A DNA stretch of 63,963 nucleotides, counting the filler, from Stramenopiles sp. TOSAG23-2 (lineage: Eukaryota), in assembly GCA_900128395.1 (NCBI GenBank). It is 4 parts of 4 records of this genome, joined end to end, with 100 filler letters (N's around TTAATTAATTAA, not from the genome) between each part and the next. Parts side by side here need not be neighbours in the genome. Positions count along the whole stretch, not along the records: positions 33,711 to 50,397 come from LT649670.1; 3 more parts are not named here. One strand, 5' to 3'. Positions 33,712 through 43,945 of this stretch are shown one piece after another (the stretch's first letter is position 1; every line of letters begins with the position of its first letter). The notes beneath the pieces are model-generated. The model worked only from the letters and a program-made list of their open reading frames with translations, did no database searches and was not told the origin of the DNA. The position numbers and the translations under genes are program-made.

Positions 33712-36042
33712 AACAACCACTTATGCTTGGATCTAATTATCGTATCACCTTCAATATTATGCTTGGATGTAATTGTCGTCATATCATTGTTCAGACTCGC
33801 TTCTGCAACAACACCAATTGTTAATAATAATACTGGGTATGTTATATCTATATTGTCTGAAGATATGTTGAAAGAACTAGAAGCGATGTTACATCTTGCA
33901 ATTATCAATCAGGATGATCTTTCCTTACAATGTCTGTTATTAAATTCATGTCAATGGAAAATGAATATTAAAACAAATTATATTTTTTCATCCATTATAG
34001 ATGCTTTATGTAAATCACATCGATATAAACCTTTAATAGAAAGTTCAAAACTTTTATTGATTACATTATTTGAAAGTTTAATTGCATCGGTGAACATATT
34101 TACAAACAACAATAATAATAATAATAATAACAACAACAACGATAATAATAAGAAGTTAAATGTTAATCATAATAATATTATCATAAGAAATGAAAACCAA
34201 ACAATTACTATTACTTTTTATTTAAATATTATATTGAAAATTATCATATCATATCCAGCAAATAAAATATATTTAGATTGTAATTGTGAAAAATATTTAA
34301 CATTATTGATAAAATTCTGTTACGAAAGAATGGAAAATAATAATTATAATACAAATAACAACAATAACAACAACTTGAATAGTAATACAATGCCTAACGA
34401 AAAAATTTATATGGGAATCGTTCATTTTATCAGTACTATTTTGTTTGTATATCAAGATATCATTACACAAGATATTCAACTTGCATGGAATAATTTACAT
34501 CAATATATTATCAATATTCAACAAAAAAATGCCACACCATCATCATCATCTATTTTTTCAATTGGAACACAAATTGATTTTTGTCGTGGGTTTTATTGGG
34601 AAGCAATGCACAATACAAACGCTAGAGTTGGTTTACAAAATCAAGGAAATACGTGTTATATGAATTCAGTATTACAGATGTTATTTATGACAGATTCATT
34701 TGCCACTACCATTTTATCTATTGATTTATTGGATTTGCGAAAAAATATTGTAAGTAAACACAAAACGTATACTCAATTATATATATATGAATAATACAAA
34801 GTAATGTGCATATATATGATATATATGTTATTTTCGATTTCATATCTCTAACAAAACATACACAAACATCATTATCATCATCGCAAAAATTATAATATAT
34901 AACAATAGAATGGTTTGAAACTAATTCAAAGTATAAGAAATATTTTTGCTTCATTAACGTTTACACATCGTCCATCTGTAATGGGTGATTTAATTACAAA
35001 TTTTAGAAAAGAGTTAGGTCGTCCATTTAATGGTTTTAATCAACAAGATGCATCAGAATTTTGTTATAGATTGTTAGATGATATAATCACTAAATGTGAT
35101 TTAAAACCTGTAAACAATATTTTTTCAGGAAAAATGGAAACTAGTGTAATCTGTGATGTATGTAAAAAAGCATCAATAACACATGCTCCATTTTTAGGTA
35201 TTCAATTACCATTTCCAACATCAAATAATAATAACGACAACAATAATAATAGTGCAGAAAAAGGTGGATTAAAAACTGAACTAAGAAATCATTATAAAAT
35301 ATCAGGATTATTAGATTATTATTTTGAACCAGATATTTTAGAAGATGACAATGCATATTTTTGCGAACATTGCAGTAAAAAAGTTAAAAAAGCCATGAAA
35401 CAAGCAAGGTTTGTGCACATGCCTGACATACTTGCATTGACGGTAAAACGATTTTATTATGATATGACTGGTACTATTTCTGGAAAAATTAGGCATCCAT
35501 TACAAATAGAACCAACTTTAAATATAAATAATGAAATTTTTGATCTATACGGTGTTGTTACACATCATGGTAGCTCATTAAATTCTGGTCACTATACAGC
35601 AACTGCTTCACATAGTGATTCCTCCGATTCGCGATGGTGGCATTTTGATGATAGTTATGTAAAACGATTAGATGCTACAAGTATACAAAATATACAAAAT
35701 GCATATATGCTATTTTATAAAAAGAGAAAAACACTATTATCAATAATTAGTGACGGAAAAAAATTTGAAAATAATCAAAACTTATCGTCTACAAGCAGTA
35801 ATATTAATAATAAAAGTTCACTTTTTTATAAAAAGTTAATGTCACCTGATCTTTTGCAAAACATAAGAATCGACAATTGTAAATATATGATTGAATTATT
35901 TACTAACAGTCGTAATGTATATAACAATACTAATAAAACAACAAATACTAATATGATGATTGGAGGTGGTGGGAATAATAACAATGATAATAGTGATGGT
36001 AATAATAACAATAACCATGATAATTCTATGGATGTAGATTGA
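33712..36042 (+). CDS. Ubiquitin-specific protease, USP35/USP38-like; 5'-truncated, two exons (33712-34749, 34909-36042)
   Basis: Cys box GLQNQGNTCYMNSVLQ, QQDASEF, His box VVTHHGSSLNSGHY, WWHFDD; phase-0 intron 34750-34908 GTAAGT...CTCTAAC...TAG joins the two ORFs in frame. Confidence 0.88.
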
Positions 36043-36160
36043 AAAAAATGCGCGCGCGAGAGAGAGAGAGAGAGGGATCGAATTCGAGTTTTGAGTTCCC
36101 AGGAGTTCGATATTTTATTAATTGAATACGAGTACGAAGTATATATTATTAAAATTATAA

Positions 36161-36757
36161 TGATGGTTAAAATCTAAAGTTATACGAATAATTTTATATA
36201 TTTATAATTTTACACTTCCCGTGCTAAGTAATATGCTCAATACTCAATATCGCAAGAATAATATTCTATCCTACTAAAATAGTAAAGCTCTAATGCACCT
36301 TCTGCCTTCTGCAAACTAACACTCTATGCAAGCATGATATATATATATTGTATTAGTATGATATATATAATAATATGAGTATCATAAGAGAAAAACACAT
36401 ATATATATTAATATATATATACATGCATATTTTAAACACAAAACACATTACCACCAAACGTATTATTCTCTCTGATATCTTTTAAAAAATACGAAGTATG
36501 ATAGACTATTTTTTAAATAATATATATGCTACTTTCAACGAGTGCGCACGGAAGGATAGAAACCTACTCGTGCTTTGTAGAGTATTTTTTAGTTTTGCAG
36601 AGGTGCATTAGAGCTTCTTTACTATAGTAGGATATAGATATATATAGAAATATTATTCTTTGCGATTGAGTATTGAGCATATTACGCTTCGTACTTAACA
36701 CGGGGAAGTGTAAAATTATTATTAACTTATATTATCTCATAGATTTTAAACACATCA
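36161..36757. mobile_element. Decayed MITE-like inverted pair (repeat family B)
   Basis: 36161-36337 is an imperfect reverse complement of about 36562-36757 (AATTTTACACTTCCCGTG, ATGCTCAATACTCAAT, GCTCTAATGCACC). Confidence 0.7.
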
Positions 36758-36834
36758 CATTATACTATGCTACTTTTTAATAAAAAGAATCAGCATGCAG
36801 TGTGGTCAGTGGTCATCCTCTCTCTCTCTCTCTC

Positions 36835-38778
36835 TTAAGACGGTTTTGTCCATCTTGTCTCATGTGTTTCTTTGTTATAATAATATGTATTTCCAGAATT
36901 TGGATCAACTGCAGATGCCCAATTACTTGGTATTGTGCTGTTTTTACGTTTTTCCTTTGGTGGTGCTGGTTGCGAAATTTGTATTGGATTTACTACTGAC
37001 GTACCTATTTCATTATCGGTATCCGGTTTTAAACTTTGTTTCTTCTTCTTGATGTTATTATTTCGCATTGGATTCACCATTGATATACCTTCATCATCGT
37101 CATCGTCACCATCAAACATTTTTTTCTTTTTATTATTGTTTGCTCCTGTTGTTAACGCTACCGAAGCCTTTCTTACATCTGCTTTTGAATTAATTTTTTT
37201 CATTATCCACGAGCCACCAGCAGATCCTCTATTTGCATTTAATCTCTTATGCGCAACATTTTCTTGCTCCCTCGTAGTTCGCTTTGTTACCCGTTTATCA
37301 TCGCATTCCGTATCCCAATTTTCAGCATCACCGTGTTGCGATTTCCAAAAGGCTTGGTTCACTAAGTTGGTACCTACATAAAATACACGTATTATGTGGA
37401 AACATGTCATGCCACTTCCAAGTACCATCATCATTTCCTCTACACCATCTGTTTCAGCAGATATCAGAGATTGTGCATTAAATAAACCTTCCGTTATATA
37501 TAGTGTACTAGACATGTAGAGAAAAACATTGTGAAACATTTGTATAAATTCAATTAAAAACATGCCCCAATAACGATATGGTCGTTGTAATAATAAAAAG
37601 ATCCATTGAATGAAATATACGACAACTATGATCAAGCCACGTAAATCATTTGTTAGTGGTAGCCCTATTATTATCATTCCTTCAAGTAAATTGAAGAACA
37701 TACGATATGAATTCCAATACCACCTATCTTCTTTTAAATTAAAAAAAAGTGCTCCCCATCGATTGACTAATTTGGACATTCGCCAAGTTTTAGCATGCGC
37801 GCCATCCGTATCTCTCCATCCTTCATATTTAGTAGTTTCAACATACATGACGCCATATTCACCACCATTCTCACCCTCTCGTATTAATTGTTTACTTTTA
37901 TAACAAGCAAAACATGGTAAAAATAAAACAACAATTAGTAATGGTATTGCGAAAAGCAAGCCAATTAGATCACCAGTATCAAAATATGCTGCTACGCCAG
38001 AGAAAGCTGCAAATGTCAATCCCATATGCAAACCAATTGTTAATTTTAATGTTACATTTGGTATATCCATCCAATATCGTATAGGAAAGCATGGTATTTT
38101 ATTTTGTGGACATTTACCACAATATTTATAATCAGCAGCCGCGTCGATGTCATCGCCGTAATGATTACGATACATGATAAGAAATGGCAAGCGAAGGATC
38201 AATAATACGATAACGAGACTAAAATAACCAATAGTTGTATCCAATAACATAGCATTTCTATACGTTGGATCCGCCGTATCTAACTTATCCGCACCTTTTG
38301 CTTCAGCTAATCCAAACCTGCATGCAAATATACCATATTCTCGACTATAATGCGTGAAAAATTTCTCACTTAAATCACAAGGACAAGTAGCTTTTGTCAC
38401 ACTGTTTTTCGTTTTCACAGTGCCACTTTGACAAAAAGTATAATTAACATTTAATGCTGGAATATTTTGTGCATTTGCTAACCATGCACCATGATATAAA
38501 AGTGGAGTAATATCAACACCAGTTATTACACCATAAATTGCAAATGTCATTAATGATATTGTTAATGGTCTACCAGAATTTTTCAATGCAATTTCTGAAG
38601 ATTTGGCCGGTAAAAGAGTTTTCGTGGTGTAAGTTATATTACCATGTTTGCTACTATTTAATGTATATGTTAAGCAAGCATGATTAAACTGGGTCAAAAC
38701 GCTACAGCAACAAAATGCAATAAATAATAATATTTTATTATATTGATGTCTCTTTTTATTCTGACCAAATATTGCCAT
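36835..38778 (-). CDS. TRP-like multipass membrane protein with C-terminal WW domain
   Basis: Signal/TM helices; RWGALFFNLKEDRWYW and LLQRPY motifs typical of fungal/protist TRP-like C-terminal TM region; WW: WASAVDPNSGNTYYYNKETHETRWTKP. Confidence 0.7.
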   Translation of the reverse strand: MAIFGQNKKRHQYNKILLFIAFCCCSVLTQFNHACLTYTLNSSKHGNITYTTKTLLPAKSSEIALKNSGRPLTISLMTFAIYGVITGVDITPLLYHGAWLANAQNIPALNVNYTFCQSGTVKTKNSVTKATCPCDLSEKFFTHYSREYGIFACRFGLAEAKGADKLDTADPTYRNAMLLDTTIGYFSLVIVLLILRLPFLIMYRNHYGDDIDAAADYKYCGKCPQNKIPCFPIRYWMDIPNVTLKLTIGLHMGLTFAAFSGVAAYFDTGDLIGLLFAIPLLIVVLFLPCFACYKSKQLIREGENGGEYGVMYVETTKYEGWRDTDGAHAKTWRMSKLVNRWGALFFNLKEDRWYWNSYRMFFNLLEGMIIIGLPLTNDLRGLIIVVVYFIQWIFLLLQRPYRYWGMFLIEFIQMFHNVFLYMSSTLYITEGLFNAQSLISAETDGVEEMMMVLGSGMTCFHIIRVFYVGTNLVNQAFWKSQHGDAENWDTECDDKRVTKRTTREQENVAHKRLNANRGSAGGSWIMKKINSKADVRKASVALTTGANNNKKKKMFDGDDDDDEGISMVNPMRNNNIKKKKQSLKPDTDNEIGTSVVNPIQISQPAPPKEKRKNSTIPSNWASAVDPNSGNTYYYNKETHETRWTKPS

Positions 38779-39233
38779 GGTTAGGTATTGATAAATACGT
38801 CTGTCTTTGTTGTCTTATGTAATATTAGAATAAAGCAAACACAATAAAAATTCTATATTATGTTATTATGATTCTATATATCGATCTGTCTATCTATCTC
38901 TTCTATCTATCTTCCTAGTTCTATTATATTTCTTCCTCCAGCAGATTTTACTTGGTATTATAATTATTATTATTAGTAACACGTCGTGCTAACCAATTAC
39001 CGGTAGTAGTAGTGGAGGAGGATCCGATCTACAGTAATTATTAGTACCGCGGTACTATAGTGTTAATTATTATTATTATGATGATGCCTATCAACATGGT
39101 TGCACATCACCACCACACAGTATTATCGCACACACCACCAATTATTACACTTATTAATATATAGTACACTCATAATATTTTTATGTATTTAATGAATCAC
39201 AGATTGGCAACCATTGCCAGCTTTTGGCCAGCC

Positions 39234-39609
39234 CAGTCTATTTTTTTCAGTGAACGATACTTTAGCATCGGAATAGCATTGAGACCAGAAAATCAGTATC
39301 GTTCATTATCGTTCACTGATGCTGTGTCCATGCTAGATAAAAGATGAAAAAATGAGATTTATCGTTCAATAAAATTGTTCTAAATTTTGGGAATCTGAAA
39401 ATAAAAATATGGAAATCATCTTGTCATAGTATGTGTAATGAAATAATATTTTAATACATTACATTTTATTTTTTCGGATATTGTTATAGATTATTTTCAT
39501 GTATGCCAAAAAATTGGAAAATTAGAGTGAACGATAATGAACGATACTGATTTTCTGGTCTCAATGCTATTCCCTTGCTAAAGTATCGTTCACTGAAAAA
39601 AATAGACTG
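39234..39609. mobile_element. hAT-type MITE (376 bp)
   Basis: About 84-bp near-perfect TIRs starting CAGTCTA / ending TAGACTG; exact 8-bp TSD GGCCAGCC at 39226-39233 and 39610-39617. Confidence 0.93.
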
Positions 39610-39924
39610 GGCCAGCCCGCCAGGTGCCCAGTTGCTGGATGATTGCCAGGATTGCACCAATTATCTTCTAGCATATCTCATTTTTTTTTTTTATTTTTAT
39701 TTTTTATTTCAATTATTTCAAATAATAATTATTCTGAATTATTATAGATCTAAAAAATAAAAATATTATTATTATATACACTGATGCAGTATTATTGCAC
39801 ACAGAGAAAGAGATATACATACATATATATATATATATAGAGAGAGATAATATATAAAGGATATACTTACACGCACGCACACACACACACATATATAAAG
39901 AGATAAACGTGTATCATTATCACC

Positions 39925-40902
39925 ATGTTATTTTATTACAATATAATCATATTATTAATTATATATACATGTTTTATTATATTATATCAGGTTAGTGGGC
40001 AATCTTTTGAACCACATTTACATCCAAAGTCAGACCGAGAACATCGTAACTTAGCGGAAGGTTTTCATACAGATATTGACGATATTATAATATCCGCTGG
40101 ATTTCAACATTCGTGTGGTATACAAGCAAGTGGCGAAGAGTTTGGCGGGACCATCACGTGTTGGGGTTTCAATCAAAAAGGGCAAGCTGCACCGCCACAA
40201 GGGACTTTTATTCAAGTCAGTTGTGGAAATTTTCACTCATGCGGTTTGACTATTGATGAAGAAGTTAAATGTTGGGGTGCAGCAGGTGTTGGACGCTCCG
40301 TTGAAGGTTCGTTTTTACAAGTCAGTGCTGGCGGATTTCACACCTGCGCAGTGAAAAAAACAGGAGAAATAGAGTGCTGGGGAAAAGATTACGATGGTCA
40401 AGTTAGTGGTGTACCACCTGGTACATTTGTCCAAGTATCGTGTGGTAAAAGTCATAGTTGTGGTATTAAATCAGATGGTACAGTACAGTGCTGGGGGAGT
40501 AATAATTGGGGTGAAACCCAAGCACCTGAAGGACATCAATTTACACAAATATCTGCTAGTATTTGGCATCATACATGCGGTGTTACGGTAGATGGCGACA
40601 TCTTGTGTTGGGGTGCGGATGGATTTGGACAATCTGGTAGAGTGCCAGATGAAACATTTATATCTGTAACCACAGGGCGTAAATTTACATGTGGGATATT
40701 AACAAATAATGAAGCTGTTTGCTGGGGAATGGAAACAGATTTTGATTTGATAAATGTTCCAGGTGGTGATACGAAGTGGGCATCTGTATCATCTGGTTAC
40801 ATGCATAGTTGTGGCATTACAATGGATAATAAAGCACTATGTTGGGGTAATGATGTAGGAACACAAGCAACAGTACCAAAATCATTTATACCAGCTAGTT
40901 AA
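39925..40902 (+). CDS. Secreted RCC1/BLIP-II-type beta-propeller repeat protein
   Basis: Signal peptide; seven repeats of (F)xQVSxGxxHSCGx...CWG. Confidence 0.82.
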   Translation: MLFYYNIIILLIIYTCFIILYQVSGQSFEPHLHPKSDREHRNLAEGFHTDIDDIIISAGFQHSCGIQASGEEFGGTITCWGFNQKGQAAPPQGTFIQVSCGNFHSCGLTIDEEVKCWGAAGVGRSVEGSFLQVSAGGFHTCAVKKTGEIECWGKDYDGQVSGVPPGTFVQVSCGKSHSCGIKSDGTVQCWGSNNWGETQAPEGHQFTQISASIWHHTCGVTVDGDILCWGADGFGQSGRVPDETFISVTTGRKFTCGILTNNEAVCWGMETDFDLINVPGGDTKWASVSSGYMHSCGITMDNKALCWGNDVGTQATVPKSFIPAS

Positions 40903-40929
40903 TGATTTTTATTAAAATAGCATACGATT

Positions 40930-41531
40930 ATTAGCAACCTGCATTAGGGCGAGAGAAGCTAATATGCAACTTCGTTTTATATAATACTTCGTATACATTA
41001 AAATACGAGAGCGTATATTTTAGGGATTGAAAATTATTTCTGGAGACAGAGTATATTGTGCATTTTAGTATTTATCACGGGAAGTAAAATTATTTTAAAA
41101 TACGAACAAAGTATATATATACGTATGATACACATCATAATATGATATGATATGATATGATATCATATGATACATATTGTTGTGGTTAAAATCTACGCGT
41201 AAAAGTTATATCATAATATGCATACGAAGCGTTCGTAAGAACTTCGTAATAATTTTACTTCCCGTGGAAAATACTACCATATAGCATCATACGCTCAATA
41301 CTCAATCTCAGGAATAATATGTCAATCCTCTCAATCTGAAAAAGGATTTACTCCTACGAAGTACTAATTAATAAAGCTCTCATGCGCCGCCGCAAGCTAA
41401 TACTCTATAAGCACAAGTAGGTCTGAATCCAGCAAAACACTCTCGATGAAAGTGATGTGAACAGTCCATATGTTTTCCAAAATTTGATGGTTTTGAATTT
41501 CCCAGAGGGGTGGATTCATATACGTCGTATC

Positions 41532-41563
<32 letters not shown>

Positions 41564-41634
41564 TTATATATATTATCTATATATCATATAATACTCGTAA
41601 ATATAACTCCCTCTTACGTAGATTTTAACCATCA
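40930..41634. repeat. Further family B copies: inverted about 40930-41095, direct 41181-41422, inverted end 41600-41634
   Basis: Shared TGGTTAAAATCTA, AATTTTACTTCCCGTG, GCTCAATACTCAAT, TAAAGCTCT, AGCAC(A/G)AGTAGGT with the 36161-36757 copies. Confidence 0.65.
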
Positions 41635-41794
41635 GTGTATAAATAATATCATATGCATACAAGCAACAAACGTGGACCTGAATATACATATGTATATATA
41701 TATAGAGAGAGAGAGAGAGATACAAGTATCGTATAGAAAGAGTGTATAAATAATATCATATGCATACAAGCAACAAACGTGGACCTGAATATAC

Positions 41795-41827
<33 letters not shown>

Positions 41828-41851
41828 TACAAGTATCGTATAGAAAGAGTG
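41634..41851. repeat. About 107-bp tandem duplication containing (TA)n(GA)n
   Basis: AGTGTATAAATAATATCATATGC... starts at 41634 and 41741. Confidence 0.9.
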
Positions 41852-41887
41852 GTTCATATTGCGCTGCTTTCTTGCCCATCGCTCTTT

Positions 41888-42742
41888 TCATGATGTGAGA
41901 ATTGCAAGTGCATTTTCTACATCGCCATTGGTAATTTCTAACATTTGTCGCGATGCTTCTTCACTAAAACCCATCGAAATAAGTTGTTTTAAACCTTCTG
42001 ATTGTTCTTTTGTTTTATTGTTATCAATGTTACCACTACTGTTGCTATTACTCTTATCATTATTATTATTATCATTATTGCTAGTGTTAGTATTATTCTT
42101 TGTCATTTTTGCTGTTGTTTTTGTGGATGATGATGCCACTATTTTTGCTGAAGTTTTTGAAGGCTTTGGACCTCCTCCAAATCTTGCTAATCTTGCTGCT
42201 CTCATTTCATCTCTTGATAATTTTTCAGGTGATTCGTTTGTAGAATTCAATACGTTTCCACCTGATGCAGTCCAATCACCTGAAGCTTTTCGCCATTCTA
42301 ATATAATAGCTGATATAGATTTGGTGACAGTGGCACCATCGATAATAGCTTGTCTTACTGTACTAGCTTCTACCACTTCTTTGCCACCCTTATCAATAAC
42401 AGCAACTGTTGGTATCCCTTTAATATTTAATTCACGTGGTAGTTCCCTATGTGCTTCATCCCCATATTTTATTGCTAAATAATCACCATGATGGTTTTGA
42501 AAATATGATAACATCTCAGCTTCTGATTTATCATTACTTACAAATACAATCTCAATGTTTTCCCCTTTTGTTTTAGCCTTTTCATAAAATTCTTTCAATA
42601 AAGGCGTGAAATGTTTACACGGAGGGCACCATTCTGCTGAAAAATATAACAGTGTAACTTTATTTTTTAGTATTGCTTCTGAATTAGATATTGTATTTCC
42701 ACTCCTATTGATTAATGCAGCATGTTTTAATCTGTTTGCCAT
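41888..42742 (-). CDS. Nucleoredoxin/tryparedoxin-like thioredoxin with C-terminal UBA domain
   Basis: LYFSAEWCPPCKHFTP, EIVFVSND, IKGIPT; UBA LKQLISMGFSEEASRQMLEITNGDVENALAIL. Confidence 0.88.
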   Translation of the reverse strand: MANRLKHAALINRSGNTISNSEAILKNKVTLLYFSAEWCPPCKHFTPLLKEFYEKAKTKGENIEIVFVSNDKSEAEMLSYFQNHHGDYLAIKYGDEAHRELPRELNIKGIPTVAVIDKGGKEVVEASTVRQAIIDGATVTKSISAIILEWRKASGDWTASGGNVLNSTNESPEKLSRDEMRAARLARFGGGPKPSKTSAKIVASSSTKTTAKMTKNNTNTSNNDNNNNDKSNSNSSGNIDNNKTKEQSEGLKQLISMGFSEEASRQMLEITNGDVENALAILTS

Positions 42743-43367
42743 ATTTGTTATTAATATGTTTGTTGTTGTTTTATTATTGATGATATATAAATTGTGATAT
42801 ATCTATGGTGTCTAAAAAATACGCATGTATTGTCTTTTCTACTACATACACTATAGATTAACCTCTTCTTACATATGAATCAAGATGTTGAATATGTATT
42901 AATAGTAATATTGTTGTTGTTCTTGTTGCCTGTGGCTTGGTGGGTTTTAGTTTAATTCACTTCTCTTCTTTATTATTACTTATAGTCGTCTGAAGACTCT
43001 TTCTTTACAATAATAATTGTAATCTGGTAATCATCCGAGGTACATTACATTCTAATTAGACTATATAGCGCCTGGATTGATCATATTTAGTAGGGCATTA
43101 TTACAATAAACTCTACGTATAGCAATTTATTATTATATATGCCTGCCTTAGGGCCTGTGGTAGATCTACAGTACCTGGTGGTATGCCAGTATGCCAGTAC
43201 CACGTATAGTATGCACAACAAATTGATATAAGCTGGCTTGGGCTGGCCAATAATATATATGATGATGATGATACACATGCTTTATCTTATCAGATACAAT
43301 ATTATATATCTGTATATAGTCAATTACAACTATATAACAATATATCTATCCATATAATTGATCAACC

Positions 43368-43751
43368 ATGGATGATCAAGATAGCGAGGAAGACAAGAAA
43401 TATGATCCAGCATTATTGTTACCACCTCCGTTGAAAAAAGTATTATCAGCGGAAGGGAAAAAATTATTAATTCAATCCATGTCAATAGATGAAGATAATA
43501 ATGAAAAAACAGTAGTAAAAAAAAAGAAAAAAAAATCAAAAAAAAGATGTTGGTTTGATAATTGCAGGACTAAATTAAAACTAACAGATATGGAATGTAA
43601 ATGTAAACATAAATTTTGCGGTAAACACCGAATGATGGAAAGCCATGATTGTGAATATTTGAAAATGACAAGCCCAAAAACACAATATAAAAAGAGAGGC
43701 AAGATGGAAGGATTAGGTAGCGGGAACTTTAAAAAAATTGATAAATTTTAA
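43368..43751 (+). CDS. AN1-type zinc finger protein
   Basis: RCWFDNCRTKL...CKCKHKFCGKHRMMESHDC; C-terminal KIDKF. Confidence 0.88.
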   Translation: MDDQDSEEDKKYDPALLLPPPLKKVLSAEGKKLLIQSMSIDEDNNEKTVVKKKKKKSKKRCWFDNCRTKLKLTDMECKCKHKFCGKHRMMESHDCEYLKMTSPKTQYKKRGKMEGLGSGNFKKIDKF

Positions 43752-43945
43752 AAAACAAAAACATAATATATACGACGGGGTTGTATTATATATAAAATGT
43801 TCTCTTACTCATATATTATATATACTTCGTATATAAATATAATACACACAATATGCGCGTATAATATTACTTTGCATATATATATATACATGTACACGAA
43901 AGTAAATTATATTCGTATAATATGTACACACTCAGTACACACGTC

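Noticed and set aside
40981-41012. loxP-like half site ACTTCGTATA
   Set aside because: Second arm is poor and wrongly spaced; explained by the TACGAAGTA motif; no recombinase gene seen
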